From Tubiluchus corallicola (lineage: Eukaryota; Animalia; Priapulida), in NCBI GenBank assembly GCA_030141605.1, contig JAQGDQ010000101.1:321797-385796 (forward strand): a stretch of DNA of 64,000 bases. Direction: 5' to 3'. Positions 60,230 to 64,000 of the stretch are shown piece after piece. Position 1 is the first letter of the stretch; each line of letters starts with the position of its first letter. A program made the position numbers and the translations under genes. The notes beneath the pieces are model-generated. The model was not told where the DNA came from. It saw only the letters and a list, made by a program, of their open reading frames with translations, and made no database searches.

Positions 60230-63200
60230 AGATGCGTCAGTTGCTGATTGAGACTAGCGCTAGTTTATTTCGATATTGTGAGCCATCAAAAAATGGAGCT
60301 AATTTCTGCCAGAACACTTAGAAGGATTAAGACAAAAGAAAAAACAGTTGAAGAAATCTAGAAGTTTCTTAGAAGTGGTAATAAAATCTGTTAAATTTAA
60401 ACGTGTGCTTGTAAAATGTATTGAAATCGATTCCTGTAAAAATACAATAAAATGAAGCAAGGGGGCTCTTTGTTTGTTTTTGTATTCTGTTTTCATGGTT
60501 TAGTGTTAAAAGTAAGGGAGGAACCACCCACTAATTGCAACAGAATTTTTTAAAGATCTAGTTACTGTGACGTGACACGTTAGTAAAGCAAATCCCGCAT
60601 CAGTTCACTAAAGTCAGCTGTTTTACGTGTACTTTACTTAATTATGTATTAGCACGTGCGAAGAGTGATTTACTTTGTTGTCAAGAACTAGTAAACCTGT
60701 TTTCATAGGCTGCATTTAACTTTATGTAAACTAGTTTTGTATTCAATCAGACGTGTAATCACTTGCATATAGGCTTCTTTCTCAGAAGGTGTATACAGTT
60801 GTAATCTTGCAACTTCTTTCTAGCTAGCTTGAAGTGACAAAACATTACGTTATAACACTCCAATACCTCCTTATCGAGCATAATCCGTAGCCAGTTCTCG
60901 GTATGTAGTCATTATATTTGTATTTTGTAGCGTTTATGCAAATTGTTTCATTCATGTTCGTTTTGATGTAGTCATTAACTGAACGTTTACCAATGGCTCT
61001 TACGTTGCGTTTTGCTTTTTTCCCATTGTAATTATCACGTAATCGTTCTAATTAATATAATCCTTGTATATATCACTTGTGAAATGTTTTTGTAATGTAA
61101 TACTAACTATGGGCATGCTTTAAATTTTTTGTTCTTGTTTTCTATAAACGATATTTCGATATTAACACAAACCAATACCGTCCGTGTACACAACAATTTT
61201 TTTATTTTTTAACCGCGTTTCGCAACAGTTGTCAAGTGTACGCACATAGGTGATCTTAAAGTCTGACATTTCCACGATCACCATCAATCGGTGGAACTGT
61301 GAAAAGGCTTATTCATTCTTAGCAACACGTGAAAAATGCCAAATCCATGTGGTTGAAAATACTGAAAATTGCCAAAATAGATGAGATCTTAACTCGACTT
61401 TGACGCCTATATAAAAAATTTCATGAGCGAATTCCAAAACAAAGATAAGGTGTCAAACTTTTTGAAAGTTGATACGGAGAATTTTTTAAAGGTGTCTTTT
61501 GCGGAAAATTTCATAGTTTTTCCTATTGGGCATTTTGTGCATTTTTGAGTCTGGTTCAAGGATATGCCTCAGTTTCGACTGTATAAGTCTGAAAATTACA
61601 AGGTTTTCGTGATGCTGAAAGACAGTTGTCAAGGCGTCAATTCCGTTTAGGATTTTCGTGCCTGGAAGTAATAATGTAAATACTTTAATTTAATATTTTA
61701 ATCCTAAAATACTACTGTAATTTAAAATACTTCAATACTATAATCAATTTATTTGATTTACTTATAGCTAATTAGTTCATTTTGGTTATATTTTTCTTTA
61801 CTTTCCATATTAAGTTTGGTGCAAAGTACTGTTTTTGGTTAATTGCAGATAATATTGAATCTTTCTCGGGATGTGTATGTAGACCTGTGAACCTGTACAC
61901 AGGTGGCAATGCAAATTATGACGTCATCGAATTCAGCATTTTTGCGATACTAAATGGATTTAATCCGTAATTCTAGATATTCATTCAGCATTTTCAGTCA
62001 TTCATTCAGGGTTACACTTTGCTGTAATTTTCAGATTTATGCCGTTAGTGGTAGGGTATGCCCTAGTTCTGAACCCATAAATCCTAAAATTGTTGACCTT
62101 TTCGTATTTTGTTGAAAGCGTAACTTGTAAATTTAATTATTTTGCAAATTTAATTATGTATATCAAATAAAAAGCTAATATAGTTCAATTGACGATTTAA
62201 ACTTTATTTAAACAAGGTCCGATAGACCGAAACATTCCAAACAACACTTTATCACGTCAACAGCCAAAATAGTTGCGGAAACTTTGGCAAACTCAGCGGT
62301 CAATGCTTTGTAATGATCAACTACATCAAAGTTTAGGTCTCTGACTTAATGATTCCATCGCACTAGACTGTCTGTTTTTGTCATAAATACTTTGTCAAAA
62401 GGAACAGTACGCTTGAGGTCTGAGGCCCAGTCTGCCCACACACGTGTACAACCATGTTAGTTTTTTTCAATTTTTTGCAATAATTTAAGAAGAAACGCCG
62501 TTTTCCAGTCATTGTTCCTGTGCAGATTGTTAGCAGGCGAAAAAGCACAATTCAACTGCCACCAAGTACATCCTCCAACCAAACCATCTTCGAGTTGAAA
62601 GTCAGTAGCAACTTGCTTAGAGCAATATTGTACTGTCTGGAAAAAAACAATCGCTCATTATGCATATAATTAAGATAAAGGCTCTGAATATTTTGGTACT
62701 GTGATCCTTTCATATATTAAGCCAATATTGATTTTCTGCAAAACAGTGGCGCTTACAAATCCTACATCAGAATCAGTCAGTGCAAGGTGACCAGTAAAGT
62801 AAATGACAAGCGATGCAGCTGATTCATTCATTCATTGACTACATGAATATTAAATTCAATAATTATGTTTCAGAGTGTAATTCTGAAAAATTATTAAATG
62901 CGAGATACAATATCTACCCCTAACAGTATTCTTAACAAATCTTCTATACCAAGATAATTAATTGTTGATTTGATTTAATAATTAAACATATTTAAGCAAA
63001 CATGTCAGCGGGTTCAAGCCCAACAGGGAAATAACGAAGCATGGAAAACAACAGATACAAGATCTAACTAAATAATTAAATTAATAACTGAGTTATATTT
63101 TTGTCTAGATGCCTAAATATATATATGTATGTATCATACGTGATTTTCCTAGCTACTACCAAACAGTTTGCGGCAAATGGTATACCAACCGGATCCCGGA

Positions 63201-64000
63201 GTTCCCTAGTGGTTCGTTTCCTGATGCGGGCCTCCTGCAAGGAACCTTTTTGGCAATTTTTTTGCAAAACTTATGGAACTGAGATCTGAGAACGGCACCT
63301 CGAGTACTGGGGTTGCTATAACGGGAAAGAACATTCAGAGTAAGATGGAACGGAGGGTGGTTTTCCAAACGTTTTAATGTTTTCTTTAAGAAGATGCTCA
63401 CTGAACGAAATGTGTAGGATTTGCTTTTAAGCCTGTTAAATATCTGTCCCACCCACTAAGCTGCGCTTTATTTGGAACACTCGTTATGTTTGCTTTTTAG
63501 AAACATATGCAGCTGTTCTGGCCATTGTCACCACCCTTCTGTTGTGTTATAGTGAGACTCACATGTTTGGTGTATAATATTATGTTAATAGCTAGTTATC
63601 GTGCGATAAGTAGTAAATAAAGACAAAGAATGTTCGCCTTGTTGTCGATTATTGGTAGATGCGGCCTGATATCATTTGCAATGTACCTTTGTGACAAAAT
63701 CTTTCTGAGAGGTTTCGCTAGGCTGTTGTGTTTTTTTTGTAGTTGTAGTTTGTGTTCATCAATGTCATCGTCATCACTGTCATCGTGTAGTGTGGTATGG
63801 TGGGTGCGGAGGGGTGTCAGGTGATGTAGAGTTTGTTGTCCGGGTGGTCTGTTGACGTTGACGGTGTGCTGCGTGGTGAAGAGGATGTGGTGTACGTTTG
63901 TTAGTGTGGGTAGGTGTGCATTGTTGTTGTGTTGTGTTATGGAATGCTGGCGGTCTTTGTGGCTTTCCTGTATTTGGTTAGTCTGTATAATTATAAGTTT

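Noticed and set aside
62200-62650. Possible minus-strand exon after a strong acceptor (TTTTTTTCCAG near 62636)
   Set aside because: Short frames with stops and no identifiable family.
63450-64000. C/A-rich minus-strand low-complexity segment at the window end
   Set aside because: Possibly the 3' end of an LTR element, but it is truncated by the window edge and lacks diagnostic motifs.

Overview
AT-rich animal (probably invertebrate) nuclear DNA with spliceosomal GT-AG introns and many transposons. I found no prokaryotic operons, rRNA or CRISPR. Every host gene I could recognise encodes a Golgi-type glycan-building or glycan-modifying enzyme, and each comes from a different family. They are: a decayed carbohydrate sulfotransferase (~23.65-24.65 kb, -), an intact single-exon alpha-1,3-fucosyltransferase (GT10, 31.0-32.2 kb, +), an intact single-exon GT-A-fold glycosyltransferase (41.3-42.4 kb, -), a six-coding-exon divergent EXTL3-like GT47+GT64 gene (45.0-56.9 kb, +) and an intact single-exon TM-EGF-class I SAM methyltransferase (59.2-60.2 kb, +). 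Together they look like a non-homologous glycan biosynthetic gene cluster in an animal genome; this is inferred, and no function has been shown. The background includes a rearranged BEL/Pao LTR element (6968-14121) with a local duplication and inversion, a Gmr1-type Gypsy element with integrase upstream of RT (34708-40249), several LINE and Gypsy relics, an RTE-derived bipartite short element, local duplications and several hairpins. All translations and alignments were done by eye, and family assignments rest on recalled motifs rather than database searches.
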